From an uncultured Nitrososphaerales archaeon (GTDB taxonomy: Archaea; Thermoproteota; Nitrososphaeria; Nitrososphaerales; Nitrososphaeraceae): a stretch of 41,865 bases of DNA. A model generated the notes under the pieces. It saw only the letters and a list, made by a program, of their open reading frames with translations. It had not been told where the DNA came from and made no database searches. The position numbers and the translations under genes are program-made. This document shows positions 12,434 to 24,082 of the stretch, in pieces. The DNA lies in assembly GCA_963709405.1 (NCBI GenBank), contig CAVPXM010000048.1:1-41865 (forward strand), in the 5' to 3' direction. Each line of letters begins with the position of its first letter. Position 1 is the first letter of the stretch.

Positions 12434-13459
12434 ATGGGTTTAGATCTTAGACCACTTGTAGAGGCATCATCTATAAATATAACTGAACTGTCTGACAAGA
12501 TAATTGCAATCGATGCATACAACTCTATATACCAATTTCTTGCCACAATTCGTGGGCCAACCGGAGAATTACTTACAAACAGTAAAGGCAATGTGACAAG
12601 TCATCTAAGCGGCCTCTTTTACCGTAATGTCAGTCTACTGATATACAATATTAAGCTAATATATGTTTTCGATGGCGAACCTAATGAACTGAAGTCAAAA
12701 GAGATAGAACACAGGCGGCATATAAAACAAATAGCATTTGAAAAGTATGAAGAAGCATTAACAAGTGGTAAGTTTGATGATGCACGAAAATATAGTCAAG
12801 CTACATCCGTCCTGACCCATGAAATGATAGAAGAATCAAAAAGAGTCTTAACGTTACTTGGTATTCCCATAGTTCAAGCAAAATCAGAAGGAGAAGCATC
12901 GGCAGCTTATTTGACAAAATGCGGAATTGCATTTGGTTGTGCTAGTCAAGATTATGATTCATTATTATTTGGAGCAGAGAAACTGATACGAAACGTTACG
13001 ATCAGCGGCAAGAGAAAAATTCCGAACAGAAATTTATACATAGATATAGAACCAGAGATCATCGATCATAAGCATTTTCTAAATCACTTATCACTTACCC
13101 ATGAGCAGTTAGTAGATGTAGGAATTTTGATAGGTACTGACTTTAATCCCGAAGGTTTTCCGGGTATTGGTCCTAAAACTGCATTAAAATTAATTAAGGA
13201 ATATGGCAAACTTGAAAATATAGAAAAAATTAGAGATAGATTATCAGATGTACCATATCAAGAAATACGAGATATATTTTTGAGGCCAGAAATCCCTGAT
13301 GTTGACAACGTCACATTCGACGAAGTAAACTATGATGATATTATTAACTTTCTGTGTGGTGAAAAGAACTTTTCGGTGGATCGAGTAACAGGAGCTCTTG
13401 ATAGATTAAAAAAATCAATAACAAATCGAAACCAGTCATTGGAAAAATGGTTTGAATAA
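12434..13459 (+). CDS. fen: Flap endonuclease 1
   Basis: IDAYN.IYQFL.TIR, YVFDG.P, EGEA, SQDYDSLLFG, GTDFN..G..GIGPKTA and a C-terminal PIP box QSLEKWF. Confidence 0.98.
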   Translation: MGLDLRPLVEASSINITELSDKIIAIDAYNSIYQFLATIRGPTGELLTNSKGNVTSHLSGLFYRNVSLLIYNIKLIYVFDGEPNELKSKEIEHRRHIKQIAFEKYEEALTSGKFDDARKYSQATSVLTHEMIEESKRVLTLLGIPIVQAKSEGEASAAYLTKCGIAFGCASQDYDSLLFGAEKLIRNVTISGKRKIPNRNLYIDIEPEIIDHKHFLNHLSLTHEQLVDVGILIGTDFNPEGFPGIGPKTALKLIKEYGKLENIEKIRDRLSDVPYQEIRDIFLRPEIPDVDNVTFDEVNYDDIINFLCGEKNFSVDRVTGALDRLKKSITNRNQSLEKWFE

Positions 13460-13460
13460 A

Positions 13461-15095
13461 TTAGTCCTGTCTTTTCCTTTCTTTATTTTTTTCCTCTGTG
13501 AATCTCGCAAGTTCGGTGCTGTTCAGATCTACAAAGTGTATTCCTTTTGCCAGTATTGGATGTACATTTTTTATCTGTCTATATATCTTCTGGCATACGC
13601 TACGATAATCAGCATGTCCCTGTGGAACTGTTCTAAGTTCGATCATATGAGTTGCTTCTCGTAAATTAATCTTTATAAAATACGGATATCTATAAGCAAG
13701 ATTGACAACATATTGTGCTTGTTCAGGTAATTTATTTGATATAAGGTTATAAGCTTCATTACATTTATACATACAATCTTTAAAATCTCTGACAATTCCC
13801 AAATCAAAGATCTCTTTTGGAATATCATATCCATGCTTTGTAGATAACAATTGTCTTTCTAGAGTAAGAAGTCTATGACGATGAAGATCACGAAACATTC
13901 CAAAATTTGTAAATAATTCAAAGGTATATTCTACCATTTCAAAGGCTCTGCCTGGTCTATGTCTCCTATTTGCCCTGAATTTTGTATACGAACAAATGAT
14001 TTTGTGTCTTTCTTTTGCTTCAAGAGATCTAACATATCTCGTGATATCCTCCAAAGATTGACCTACAGCATATTCATAGAGGATTGCAGAGGACACTTTA
14101 ACTTCTGCATTAAAATTGTCATCAAAATTTAATAGCTTTACAAATTCAGGGTTTTTTTCTAAATTAACATTTTTTAAATAACGTTGAGCTAGCTCTGAGA
14201 TAGCTTTCTTTGTATCCTTAACATATAATTGAAAAGACTTGCCATGTTTATCATTTGAGCGTTTTATAAAAGATGGAATGACTGTGCTAATTTCGGCATG
14301 AAGTAGATCAGCTATCGATCTTATTTCATTTAGATCTGATGCAAACATAGTTGACAACAGGTACTCGTATGCTCTACCATTACCTGCTATACCTAAATTC
14401 GTAAGTGTAGAGGCAGGTAAAAGCCCACGAAGAACATCAAGGGTCTTGGCTTTAATCGTTGCATTATAAATTCTTTTTGCAGATTGAATGTCTGTATCTG
14501 ATTTCAAGCTGCTATAACATAACTCACGTCGCGAGGCAGTATCAAAAAAAGAAAATTTATCGATTGGTTTAGACTCCGAAATAAATTTTTGCATTTGTAG
14601 AATATTCTTACTATATGTATCAAAGCTATAATCGCATACTTCTTTATACAGATCAGCATAGGATGAAGACATAATATCCTCTTCTAAATGGTATTTGTAT
14701 TGACCATTAATCTTCTGATCAAATGCCACATATCTAGAAGATTTTTCAAGATATGACAACCCTATTCTATGATCTTCTATCTTCTTTGCTGCGATATTCG
14801 AAATCCATTCTACTGCTATTTGTGCGTCTCCTAGCTCAGATACAGAATCATCTCCGTATTCTAATAGTATTTTATTATAAAACTCGCTTCCTCGATTTGG
14901 GTTATTTACAAATTCATCTATAAATATTCGTCGCATAGTCTTATCTGTTCTAGAATATCTTGACATTAATGCTCCCCTGTCTACTTGTTTAGGCGTAATA
15001 ATCGCAAAGACTGATTTATCGGTATTTGAAAAATGCGAATTAAGAAGGAGTTTTTCTTTTTCTGAAAAGCGTTCGTAATTAGATACTGAGACCAA
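13461..15095 (-). CDS. thyX: FAD-dependent thymidylate synthase with tandem-duplicated Thy1 domain
   Basis: [46 protein letters not shown]. Confidence 0.92.
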   Translation of the reverse strand: MVSVSNYERFSEKEKLLLNSHFSNTDKSVFAIITPKQVDRGALMSRYSRTDKTMRRIFIDEFVNNPNRGSEFYNKILLEYGDDSVSELGDAQIAVEWISNIAAKKIEDHRIGLSYLEKSSRYVAFDQKINGQYKYHLEEDIMSSSYADLYKEVCDYSFDTYSKNILQMQKFISESKPIDKFSFFDTASRRELCYSSLKSDTDIQSAKRIYNATIKAKTLDVLRGLLPASTLTNLGIAGNGRAYEYLLSTMFASDLNEIRSIADLLHAEISTVIPSFIKRSNDKHGKSFQLYVKDTKKAISELAQRYLKNVNLEKNPEFVKLLNFDDNFNAEVKVSSAILYEYAVGQSLEDITRYVRSLEAKERHKIICSYTKFRANRRHRPGRAFEMVEYTFELFTNFGMFRDLHRHRLLTLERQLLSTKHGYDIPKEIFDLGIVRDFKDCMYKCNEAYNLISNKLPEQAQYVVNLAYRYPYFIKINLREATHMIELRTVPQGHADYRSVCQKIYRQIKNVHPILAKGIHFVDLNSTELARFTEEKNKERKRQD

Positions 15096-15152
15096 AATTA
15101 TTCACCTATTATATATTAAATTAAATATGTATAATACAATTGAAATTGAATG

Positions 15153-15851
15153 TTAACCATATTGTAAACCAACTTTACAGGTACCAGATGCAACATTATA
15201 ACAAACACAATCATCTCTGATCTTAACATCATAGAATGAAATAGGATAGTGTATATTTGATCCTTCGTTATTAGGGATTAATGCGTTGTATGGCCTATAA
15301 ATTATTGATTCAGAATCTGAGGGATTATCACATAAGCCATACATTAGTTGTGATATTTCTATACTATATTTTATAGAATATGGAAAATTGCCTATTTTAT
15401 TCCACCATTCTATTCCAGTAAAGTGATTCTTACCTTCGAATACAAAATCTCTGATATTCAGTAGAGGTAGATCAAATCTTTCAATTTGTTTTGTATCCTG
15501 ATCCTCCAAGATATAGATAATAGACTGTTTCTGATGATTAATAATAATTTGGCGAAGGTATGCATGGCCTAGTATTGGTAATATTTGTTTGAATCTATAT
15601 CTATTTACACCATTAAATATGGCCTCGAAGTAATCTTGATCATCAAATTGGCATATGAGATTTAGCTCGATTGCTATATTCTGTTTATTGAAGATTTCAA
15701 GAAGATAAAGCATCCATGATTTATCCGGTATTTGATTACCCATGTCTTCTAATAAGGTTATGACGTCAGATATGGCAGTAAGTCCCTTTGGAGCTATTGG
15801 TTTGTTATTAATATCAAGAATCGAACAAAATGATCCTACCCAAAAATGCAA
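15153..15851 (-). CDS. Hypothetical protein
   Basis: 232-aa ORF co-oriented with and upstream of thyX; no motif recognised. Confidence 0.6.
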   Translation of the reverse strand: MHFWVGSFCSILDINNKPIAPKGLTAISDVITLLEDMGNQIPDKSWMLYLLEIFNKQNIAIELNLICQFDDQDYFEAIFNGVNRYRFKQILPILGHAYLRQIIINHQKQSIIYILEDQDTKQIERFDLPLLNIRDFVFEGKNHFTGIEWWNKIGNFPYSIKYSIEISQLMYGLCDNPSDSESIIYRPYNALIPNNEGSNIHYPISFYDVKIRDDCVCYNVASGTCKVGLQYG

Positions 15852-16134
15852 TGTAGTAAATTTATTTATGACGATTGTATTTATTTTATATTGATCGTTT
15901 GCCGCGAGTCAGGATTGTCTGCTTCTCAATGTGAAATGAAGGCAGATAAGGGAATTCTAATATTACTTTTGTGATATGGTTTTAGAATAGTTAGATTTAT
16001 TTGATTGTAACAAAATTATGATTAGTAATAGCTAATTATATCAAACTAAGTGTTATAGATGATAAAATGGTTTTGCCAAATAATACAACAATTTTGACAA
16101 CGTTGCCATTATATCTGCTTATTAAACGGATTGC

Positions 16135-16944
16135 ATGAGCGAATTCAAGCTCGAATTTGTGGGTAAGGAAGTCAAGGACATGTATGGCACATTCATGGGA
16201 AAAGTAGTTGGCGTTATAACGGATATTGATGGTTCGATCGAATCTGTTGGTGTGGATTGCGGATCATCCGGTCTAAATCAACTAGCATACGAGCAATTAT
16301 TAGTTCAAGGCGATTATGTGATCTATATTCCAAGATGGAGACTTGATGCACAGAACCTACTAAGGCAAAAAAATCTGACTTTACAAAGAATAAAAGCACT
16401 ACAAGAAATGGTTGCAGCGAATGATTTGATGAAAGATGATGCCGAATTAGTTTATATAAAATATCAGAAGAGATTACGCGATCTTGAAGAAAAAGAAAAA
16501 ACCATTATTGAACTATTGCAAGAGAGATTAAATCAACTAGACGCAGAAAACAAAAGCATCAAATCAGTATTATTCGACGCAAAGTTGCAATATAGAAGTA
16601 GCGAGCTGACAGAGGAAACATATCAACAGATTAATATACATACAAACGATTTGATAGAGCATATTAATCTTGAGAAGGCTGAAATTAATAATGTCAGAAT
16701 GAGATTAACACAACAAACCTTGGATAATGTAGATTTAGCAATTAATACTACATATCAGAAATCGCCGGGCTCTACTTACACAGAATCCATTCCCAAAGTC
16801 GAGGCAAGTAAACAAAATGAAGCGACCCACATTATAGTTGCTGATGAAACGAAGAGAATAGAGGAGAAAGCAGTTCAAGGCAATACTAATAATAATGAAA
16901 CTGACGAAAACAGTTGGCTTAACCATGTTATCCAAAACGAATAA
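16135..16944 (+). CDS. cdvA: Cell division protein CdvA
   Basis: N-terminal PRC-barrel-like segment (GK.VKDMYGTF.GKVVG..TDIDG...VYIPRW), long coiled coil, low-complexity linker and C-terminal WL motif. Confidence 0.88.
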   Translation: MSEFKLEFVGKEVKDMYGTFMGKVVGVITDIDGSIESVGVDCGSSGLNQLAYEQLLVQGDYVIYIPRWRLDAQNLLRQKNLTLQRIKALQEMVAANDLMKDDAELVYIKYQKRLRDLEEKEKTIIELLQERLNQLDAENKSIKSVLFDAKLQYRSSELTEETYQQINIHTNDLIEHINLEKAEINNVRMRLTQQTLDNVDLAINTTYQKSPGSTYTESIPKVEASKQNEATHIIVADETKRIEEKAVQGNTNNNETDENSWLNHVIQNE

Positions 16945-16984
16945 AAACAAAAAACTTACATTCAAGAAAAAGGATGGTAACTTA

Positions 16985-17248
16985 TTATTTACCCTGTTTT
17001 AGTGGGGTCTGTAAAAGTTCACCTATCTCGTTATGCATCTTGAGAAAGTTTAGTCCCTTTTCTGTTGTTTTATATGTTTGAGAGCCTTCCAAATATTCTA
17101 ATAGAGTATTTTCAATAAGCACTGAAAGATATTCCCTTAGTTGTGCATAGCTAAGAAAGGCCTTGTACATTATTTTTGTCTTTGTTGCGCCTCCATTTGC
17201 AGCCTCTAAAATCATTGCTACTATTTCTGTTCTACTTCTGTATTTCAC
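16985..17248 (-). CDS. Small winged-helix transcriptional regulator (MKYRSR family)
   Basis: MKYRSRTEI...KTKIMYKAFLSY.QL.EYL..L...Y.TTEKG. Confidence 0.9.
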   Translation of the reverse strand: MKYRSRTEIVAMILEAANGGATKTKIMYKAFLSYAQLREYLSVLIENTLLEYLEGSQTYKTTEKGLNFLKMHNEIGELLQTPLKQGK

Positions 17249-17426
17249 AAATTAGATACGCTGGATTTCTTTATTTTAATATATTGACACAATCTTTAGT
17301 AACAAAATTCTAAATTAATATTACATTTTTAATTATAAAGCATGGTGTATTAGTTACAATTCGTAAGTTTTGTAGATTAATTATACATCCACAACATTTA
17401 AAATTATCCCTCACTTATAGTGGGAA

Positions 17427-19389
17427 ATGTCCGAACCAGACTCTGACGAATTGTCAAAGATTTACAAAGATAGCGGAAGAATCAGAGTAACCCTTGCAGG
17501 CAAAAAATTTGAAAAAATTAAGATAAAAGCATTAGAAGATCAAGAACAGTTCTGGAGAGAACAGGCAAAAAATTTAATTTGGTTTAAGGACTGGGAAAGG
17601 GTACTAGATTGGGAAAACCCCCCTTTTGCAAAGTGGTTCGTTGGCGGCAAGTTGAACGCATCTGTCAACTGTCTTGATAGGCATATTGATTCTGGTACAA
17701 AAAACAAGGCAGCTATAATTTGGGAAAATGAGAATGGCAAGACTAAAACACTTACTTATTTCCAACTATATCATTTCGTTAATAAATTTGCAAATGCCTT
17801 AAAAACCCTTGGAATAAAAATGGGAGATCGAGTAATAATTTATCTTCCAATGATTCCAGAGCTCGCTATTGCAATGTTAGCTTGTTCAAGAATAGGTGCA
17901 ATACATGTTGTAGTTTTCTCTGGGTTTAGTGCCAAAGCATTATCTGATAGAGCTAGAGACTCAGATTCTAAGATAATTATAACCACAGACGGTATATTTA
18001 GAAGAGGAAAATTTATCGAGTTGAAAAAAATAGTAGACGAGGCAGTCCCATCTATACCCTCAATAGAACACGTCATTGTCGTGAAAAGAACTTCAAATGA
18101 TATTCATATGAATGATATAGACGTATGGTGGCACGAAGTCATTGAAAATGCTAAATCATTTTGTGAACCCGAGATACTAGATAGCACACATCCTTTATAT
18201 ATCCTTTATACATCTGGAACTACGGGTAAACCAAAAGGCGTTCTACACAGTACAGGCGGTTACCTTACATATTTATACGCAACAGCGAAATGGGTTTTTG
18301 ATTATAAGAATACAGATATTTTCTTTTGTACTGCGGATATAGGATGGGTTACTGGTCATAGTTACGTTGTGTACGCGCCACTTATGCATGGAGTTACACA
18401 GTTGATGTATGAAGGGACACCAGAATATCCACAACCCAATAGATACTGGGCGATGGTTGAAAAACATGGCATCACAATTCTGTATACTACTCCTACAGCC
18501 CTGAGAATGTATATGAAATTTGGGAACATAATTCCTAGTTCTTTTGATCTATCCTCTCTTCGCTTATTGGGTACGGTAGGAGAACCGATTAACCCGGAAG
18601 TCTGGACATGGTACTTTAGAATTATTGGAAAAGAGAATTGTTCTATTGTTGACACATGGTGGCAAACAGAAACTGGAGGAATCATGATAAGTACTTGTAC
18701 AGGTCTAGATTCGAATATACCAATGAAGCCTGGTTCTGCCGCATTTCCTTTACCTGGAATAGACGCAAGTATAGTTAATGAAAATGGAGAACCCGTCATT
18801 GCTGGTAAGAAAGGATATCTGGTGATAAAAAAACCTTGGCCAGGAATGTTAATGACACTATGGAAAGATGATGTAAAATATCAGAACACATACTGGGCAA
18901 GATTTAGCGGTGTCTATTATACTGGCGATTATGCCTTGTCAGATACTGAAGGTTATTTTTGGCTATTAGGAAGATCAGATGATGTACTCAAAGTAGCAGG
19001 ACATAGACTCGGCACAATGGAATTAGAAAGCGCATTTGTGTCACATAAATCAGTTGCAGAAGCTCGCTATTACCAGTAGACAAGATGAGAAAAAGGGTGA
19101 TGCCATAATTGCGTATTTAGTTCTTCGCACAGATTACTTTGAATCTGATCAACTACGCCAAGAGCTTATCGATCATATTAGAAATACGGTAGGTCCCATA
19201 GCTACGCCTGAAGAAATTTACTTTGTAAATAAGCTTCCAAAAACAAGAAGTGGAAAAATAATGCGTAGACTACTTAAATCCATATCAACTGGCGAAGAGA
19301 TAACAGGTGATATAACTACAATAGAAGACAATTCATCAATAGAAGAAATAAGACAAGCATATAACAATATACATAAACCAAATCGATAA
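17427..19389 (+). CDS. acs: Acetyl-CoA synthetase (AMP-forming); one extra C at 19065
   Basis: YTSGTTGKPKG, DTWWQTETGG, GRSDDV.KVAGHRLGT.E.E, LPKTRSGKIMRR. Removing C19065 gives VAEAAITSRQDEKKG. Confidence 0.93.
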
Positions 19390-19481
19390 GCAGTAGTCAT
19401 AAAATTGCTATTACTTTGCAGAACCAGAATAATGAACATCAAGAAATCTTTAAGGATGGCTGAATATCATGAGATTGTGTA

Positions 19482-20181
19482 TTGCCAAAGCGCTTGTACA
19501 CTATCGGAGTCGGTCCCGGATCAATAAAATATATTACAGATATTGCTAGGGAGGCAATCTACAAATCTCGTTATATTATTGGATACAAGTACACTATATC
19601 GGCTATTGAGAGTTTAATAGATAGAAATAAGCACGAAATTTATGAGATCACTCTAAAAAATCAAGAAGAAATATACCAGCTTATACATGATAGAATGGAA
19701 GACAATGAATGTTGTGCTGTACTATTTACCGGTGATGTCAATTTTTCTGAATCTGAAGTTGTCGATAGGTTATTGGAAATTTTTGGTGAAAAAAATGTTG
19801 AAATTATTCCAGGCATAAGTTCAATTCAGATTGCAGCGAGCGAAATCAAAGGTACCACTTGATAAGGCACACGTGGTTACTTTTCATGTAACTACCGATA
19901 TTGAACAGAAAAAAAAGGAATTAGTTAGGTCTATAATTCATAAAAAAGACATAATCTTACTACCGCGGCCTTGGCCTAAAGATTCAAAGAAGAATTTTAT
20001 GCAATCAGAAATAGCGATATTTTTAAAAGAAAATGGAATAGATACTTCAAACCTAAATGTCTGGGTTTTTGAGCATCTAACTAATGATAACAAAGAGACG
20101 GTTTTCCGTGGCAAAGTTAGTGATTTAGAAGGGCGGAAATTTAGTGATCTCTCAGTAGTAGTAATTGATCAGATAAGGTGA
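19482..20181 (+). CDS. cbiE: Cobalt-precorrin-7/precorrin-6Y C5-methyltransferase (tetrapyrrole methylase); one extra base near 19838
   Basis: IGVGPGS, TGD..F, IIPGISSIQ.AA, V.E.L...E. Removing G19838 gives QIAAAKSKVPLD. Confidence 0.85.
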
Positions 20182-20347
20182 CAAAATTCTTTTATTACTC
20201 ATATTAGGTTACAATAAAACTGCAAATAGCATATTTAAGTTTTTCCAACATTTCATTTCATTTTTCTAAACGACTCATCCCACAGCCCATAAATTGTTCA
20301 ATTCAATCGTATCCTGTTGCTACTCTATAAACATAGGATATCAGGTA

Positions 20348-20899
20348 CTAGTACTGATATAAACCAACGCGAGACGAATGAAGACCTCCAAATCGTAATA
20401 TTGTCTGCCATTCTATTATTGCTCCCAATAATAGGACTGCTATTACAATAGAAGCCTCTATAAGTATGGGGATTGTATATTCTTTCCATGATTTTTTCTT
20501 TATTAATTGATAAAATAGTATTCCACTCCTAGATAATGCTAAACCATAAGCAAAAATTTCCAAAAGTCCAAATGGAGTAATCAAGATTAATAACGGTGGA
20601 ACATTCTTGAGAAGAGGAGAAGTTGTAGCAATTGCATTAAATACCATTCCTGTTGAAAAACCAGAAAATATTCCTAGGCCTATTCCAAGTACAGGAATAA
20701 ACATTCCTAGTGCCAATTTAACATTATTGATAAAAATTCCGAATTGATTAATATCCTTTACTTGCTCTGAAAATTGTTGTTTTAGAATATCTGTTTCTCT
20801 GATACTCATATGAATTGACGCACCGGCAGAATACGCAATTAGAAAAGAGCATATACCAAATGCCAAATAGATTAGGCGATATTTAATACTAAAACGCAA
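20348..20899 (-). CDS. SpoIIM/DUF95-family membrane protein
   Basis: IFINN..L...MFIP.LG, PFG.LEI.AY and AIIE motifs; several TM helices. Confidence 0.85.
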   Translation of the reverse strand: MRFSIKYRLIYLAFGICSFLIAYSAGASIHMSIRETDILKQQFSEQVKDINQFGIFINNVKLALGMFIPVLGIGLGIFSGFSTGMVFNAIATTSPLLKNVPPLLILITPFGLLEIFAYGLALSRSGILFYQLIKKKSWKEYTIPILIEASIVIAVLLLGAIIEWQTILRFGGLHSSRVGLYQY

Positions 20900-20989
20900 T
20901 ATGAAATTTAACTTTTCCTTGTTATAATTAGTTTATTGATTATGGAAATGTAATTAAAGATGATATTCATAGTATGAATAGCCAGCACC

Positions 20990-22528
20990 TTGGCTTTCCA
21001 AAAAGAAATTTTTAATGCATTAACGCTAGCCATTAGCAAGGGTTATCAAATCCATCCTGATGCTTTTGCTATGCTTAAGAATCTAAAAATCAATGCTTCC
21101 GAAATTATAGAAGACATAATCAAAATTAAGCAAAAAGGAGATACTTTGATTGTATTAAAAGACATACAAAATGTCATCATGAAAGATAAAATTACAAATG
21201 TAGTAGTAGATCCTGAAATAATTTATGATGATACAAATCATCATCCATCTCATTCTAATGAGCATACATACAGAGTAATTTCCGATCCGACATCCAAGAT
21301 TAATACAAGTGATGGTGTGGAGGGTTATACTGCGCTGTTTAGAAGCAGATTTGAAAAATTGCTTCATATTTTAGCACTACGTCCTTCCAGTAAAAGAATT
21401 ACAAAAATTGCATCTTTAAAGCAGATGGCTAGATCAAAATCGCATAGTACTACTGAAAACCGGACTACAAATTCTGTTTCAATAGTGGCTGGTTTATTGA
21501 TGTCTAAATATTTTAGAAAAAATGGCCTAGAAATGGTAATTGATGACTATACTGGAATATTAAATGTGATTGCAGCTAACGAAGAGTTGAAGAAACAAGC
21601 ATCAACACTTGCACTTGATCAAATGGTTATGTTAGAACTTGAAAACCAGAATAATAAAGGATTGCATAGTTTTGTTATAAAAAATATAGTTTCTCCGGAT
21701 ATTCCAGAACATCTTCCTACCAGATCAAAATCTGAAAGTTATGCCGTATTGATTTCTGACCTACATGTCGGTAGCAAATATTTTATGGAAAAAGAATTTA
21801 TTAAATTTTTAATGTGGCTCTCTTCTGATGTTGACGATATGGTAAGAAAGATCAAATTTCTATGCATAGCAGGAGATCTAATTGACGGTATTGGAATATT
21901 CCCGCATCAGGACAAAGAATTACTTGAAACTAATACCGATAAACAAATTATGCATGCTATCGATTTACTTACTAAAATCCCAAAACATATCAAAGTATTT
22001 GTAATCCCTGGTAACCACGATCCGGGCAGAAGAGCTCTCCCACAACCGGCTATTCCAAGAAATGATTCTAACAAATTGTATTCATTGAATAATTTCACAA
22101 TGCTTGGAAACCCCAGTCTTATAGAATTAAATGGTGTCAAGATATTGATGTATCACGGACAAGGTTTAGATGATATCATAGCCGCAACACCTGGTTTGAC
22201 ATATTCAAAACCTGCAGAAGCAATGAAGATATTACTTAAGGCAAGACACTTATCACCAATATATGGAGAACGTACTCCCATAGCTCCGGAAAAAGACGAT
22301 ATGATGGTAATTACCGAAACCCCAGATATATTCCATTCAGGACATGTCCATGTCATAGATGTTCAGAATTATCGAGGAACACTAGTTGTTAATTCTGGGG
22401 CATGGCAAGCACAAACCAATTTTCAACGTACAATGAATATTGTTCCGACTCCAGGGATTGCAATTCTAGTTAATCTTGCTACACTTAGACCTTTCCAAAT
22501 GGATTTTAATCAACAGGCAATAATGTAG
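20990..22528 (+). CDS. polB: DNA polymerase D small (proofreading) subunit DP1
   Basis: ISDLHVGS, GDLIDGIG, PGNHD, YHG..LDD, RHL.P.YG, GHVH, NSG.WQ.QT.FQ. Confidence 0.97.
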   Translation: MAFQKEIFNALTLAISKGYQIHPDAFAMLKNLKINASEIIEDIIKIKQKGDTLIVLKDIQNVIMKDKITNVVVDPEIIYDDTNHHPSHSNEHTYRVISDPTSKINTSDGVEGYTALFRSRFEKLLHILALRPSSKRITKIASLKQMARSKSHSTTENRTTNSVSIVAGLLMSKYFRKNGLEMVIDDYTGILNVIAANEELKKQASTLALDQMVMLELENQNNKGLHSFVIKNIVSPDIPEHLPTRSKSESYAVLISDLHVGSKYFMEKEFIKFLMWLSSDVDDMVRKIKFLCIAGDLIDGIGIFPHQDKELLETNTDKQIMHAIDLLTKIPKHIKVFVIPGNHDPGRRALPQPAIPRNDSNKLYSLNNFTMLGNPSLIELNGVKILMYHGQGLDDIIAATPGLTYSKPAEAMKILLKARHLSPIYGERTPIAPEKDDMMVITETPDIFHSGHVHVIDVQNYRGTLVVNSGAWQAQTNFQRTMNIVPTPGIAILVNLATLRPFQMDFNQQAIM

Positions 22529-23733
22529 AGAGAATTTGATCCTCTCTTAATGCAGATGTGATAGTAATTGATGGAACAGTAACCTTAATTCTCTGTGATC
22601 TGCCATATCTACCTTGACTTACTACATCACTCCTTATTAAGCCAAGTTGATCAAGTTCACTGATTATTTGTGTTATACGACGCTGAGTGAGTGGTTCCTG
22701 TTGAATATGTCTACTTAAAGATGAGTAAATTTCATATACTTCACCAGTATTTCCATTTCTTGATTTAAGAATTGCAAGTATTAGTATTTTAGTATGTGTA
22801 GTAGAATTTTTTAAAATCTCGTAATTTGTGTCTTTCTCAATTTTTTCTTGGGATAACCTAATATGCTTTTCTTCAACCTTAGGCGCTCTTTCTCTTTCTG
22901 CGATTTCAGCCGCAACCCTAAGTAAATCAATTGCTCTTCTAGCATCACCATTTTCCCTCCCAGCTATAGCCGCGCATAGATTTATGGCTGCATTCGAAAT
23001 ACAATCTTCGTTGAATGCAACTTTGGCTCTATTTAACAGGATCTTTTGCAACTGTTCTATCGTATATGGATTAAATACCATTTCTTCTTCACTTAGACTA
23101 CTTCTAACTCTAGGATCAAGTTTATCTTTAAAGGTGAGGCTGTTGGATATTCCGATCAAGCTGATGAATCCTCCTTCAATAATTCTTTCATTCGCTCTAG
23201 TAAAATTGTACAATATTATCATCGCCATTTTTATCAACTAATGAATCAATCTCATCAATTATTAGGATAACATGCAATTTCTTCTTGTTTTTGATAAAAT
23301 CCAAGATTCTATCAGTTGCTTCACCCATTGACAAACCAGTAAAGTGAACATGAAATTTTTTTTCTTCCTTGTTAATACCCATATTTTCAGCAATTTCATA
23401 TAGCACTTTATAGCTTGTATTTGCGGTCTTTGCATTTATGAATGGCATTAATACCTCGATTCCTAGATTACTTGCTTTTTTGAAGAGACGTTCTGTTACA
23501 TTCTTAACCACCGCCGTTTTTCCAGTGCCTGGTTTACCAAATAGTAGAAGATTAGATGGCCTTGCGCCCTTTAATACTACAGATAGTGCTTGGGCAATCG
23601 TTCCAGTTTCATCGTCTCTAAATGGAAGTCTTTCAGGAACGTAATCAATCGTAAGTGTTTTGCGATTCTTGATTAAGGTTTGACCTGCGGCGGCTTTTTC
23701 AAAAATGCTATCAAGTATATCGTCACTCACCAA
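22506..23733 (-). CDS. cdc6: Orc1/Cdc6 replication initiator; one extra base at 23216-23217
   Basis: Walker A GKPGTGKT, Walker B IIDEID, LDPRVRSSL, GDARRAIDLLR and a C-terminal wHTH (QGRYGR). Removing one base gives GDDILYNFTR. Confidence 0.96.
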
Positions 23734-23752
23734 ATTTCACCATTATAACTCA

Positions 23753-23774
23753 CACCCCAGTCTTTCCGTTGCAA
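23753..23774 (-). promoter_or_regulatory. Degenerate ORB overlapping the cdc6 promoter region
   Basis: Minus strand TTGCAACGGAAAGACTGGGGTG. Confidence 0.7.
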
Positions 23775-23900
23775 ATCTGAGTTGTTAATATAATATTAAC
23801 ATGATATTAACAAATCGCATTTAAACACATTAATCAATATCTATTAACTAATTAATCATATAACTAATACTAGTTATAAATTACCCAGTGAGATATTCAT

Positions 23901-23921
23901 TGGACACGAAATAACGGGGTG
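23901..23921 (+). promoter_or_regulatory. Degenerate ORB in the opposite orientation
   Basis: TGGACACGAAATAACGGGGTG shares GAAATAA.GGGGT with the strong ORBs. Confidence 0.6.
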
Positions 23922-24000
23922 GTGGAGCTTGAAATATGTCATTAAATATTATATTAATTGTTAACAAGCTCAAAAAATGGAAAGTAAATTCCTCCTAATT

Positions 24001-24021
24001 ACCCCATTATTTCCAGTGGAG
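24001..24021 (-). promoter_or_regulatory. Origin recognition box (ORB)
   Basis: Minus strand CTCCACTGGAAATAATGGGGT matches the archaeal ORB consensus TCCA.TGGAAA...GGGG. Confidence 0.9.
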
Positions 24022-24060
24022 TGTTAACATTAGACAGGTAATGTTAATCGCTTTATATTA

Positions 24061-24082
24061 GACCCCTTTATTTCCACTGGAC
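24061..24082 (-). promoter_or_regulatory. Origin recognition box (ORB)
   Basis: Minus strand GTCCAGTGGAAATAAAGGGGTC. Confidence 0.9.

Noticed and set aside
16600-17870. Other GCGAGC/GCTCGC hexamers (cdvA near 16600, acs near 17862, also near 41690)
   Set aside because: They lie in uninterrupted reading frames (SSEL, PELA, HSEQ), so they are genuine sequence and were not counted as insertions.
17540-23644. Many 60-145 aa antisense or overlapping ORFs in acs, polB and cdc6, and likewise in IS and SDR genes
   Set aside because: These are shadow ORFs opposite well-supported genes, with no independent motifs.
22506-23733. Split cdc6 as programmed recoding
   Set aside because: There is no slippery sequence, only one extra T in a TT. 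The window has many single-base indels, so sequencing error is more likely. The site does not fit the GCWGC signature either.
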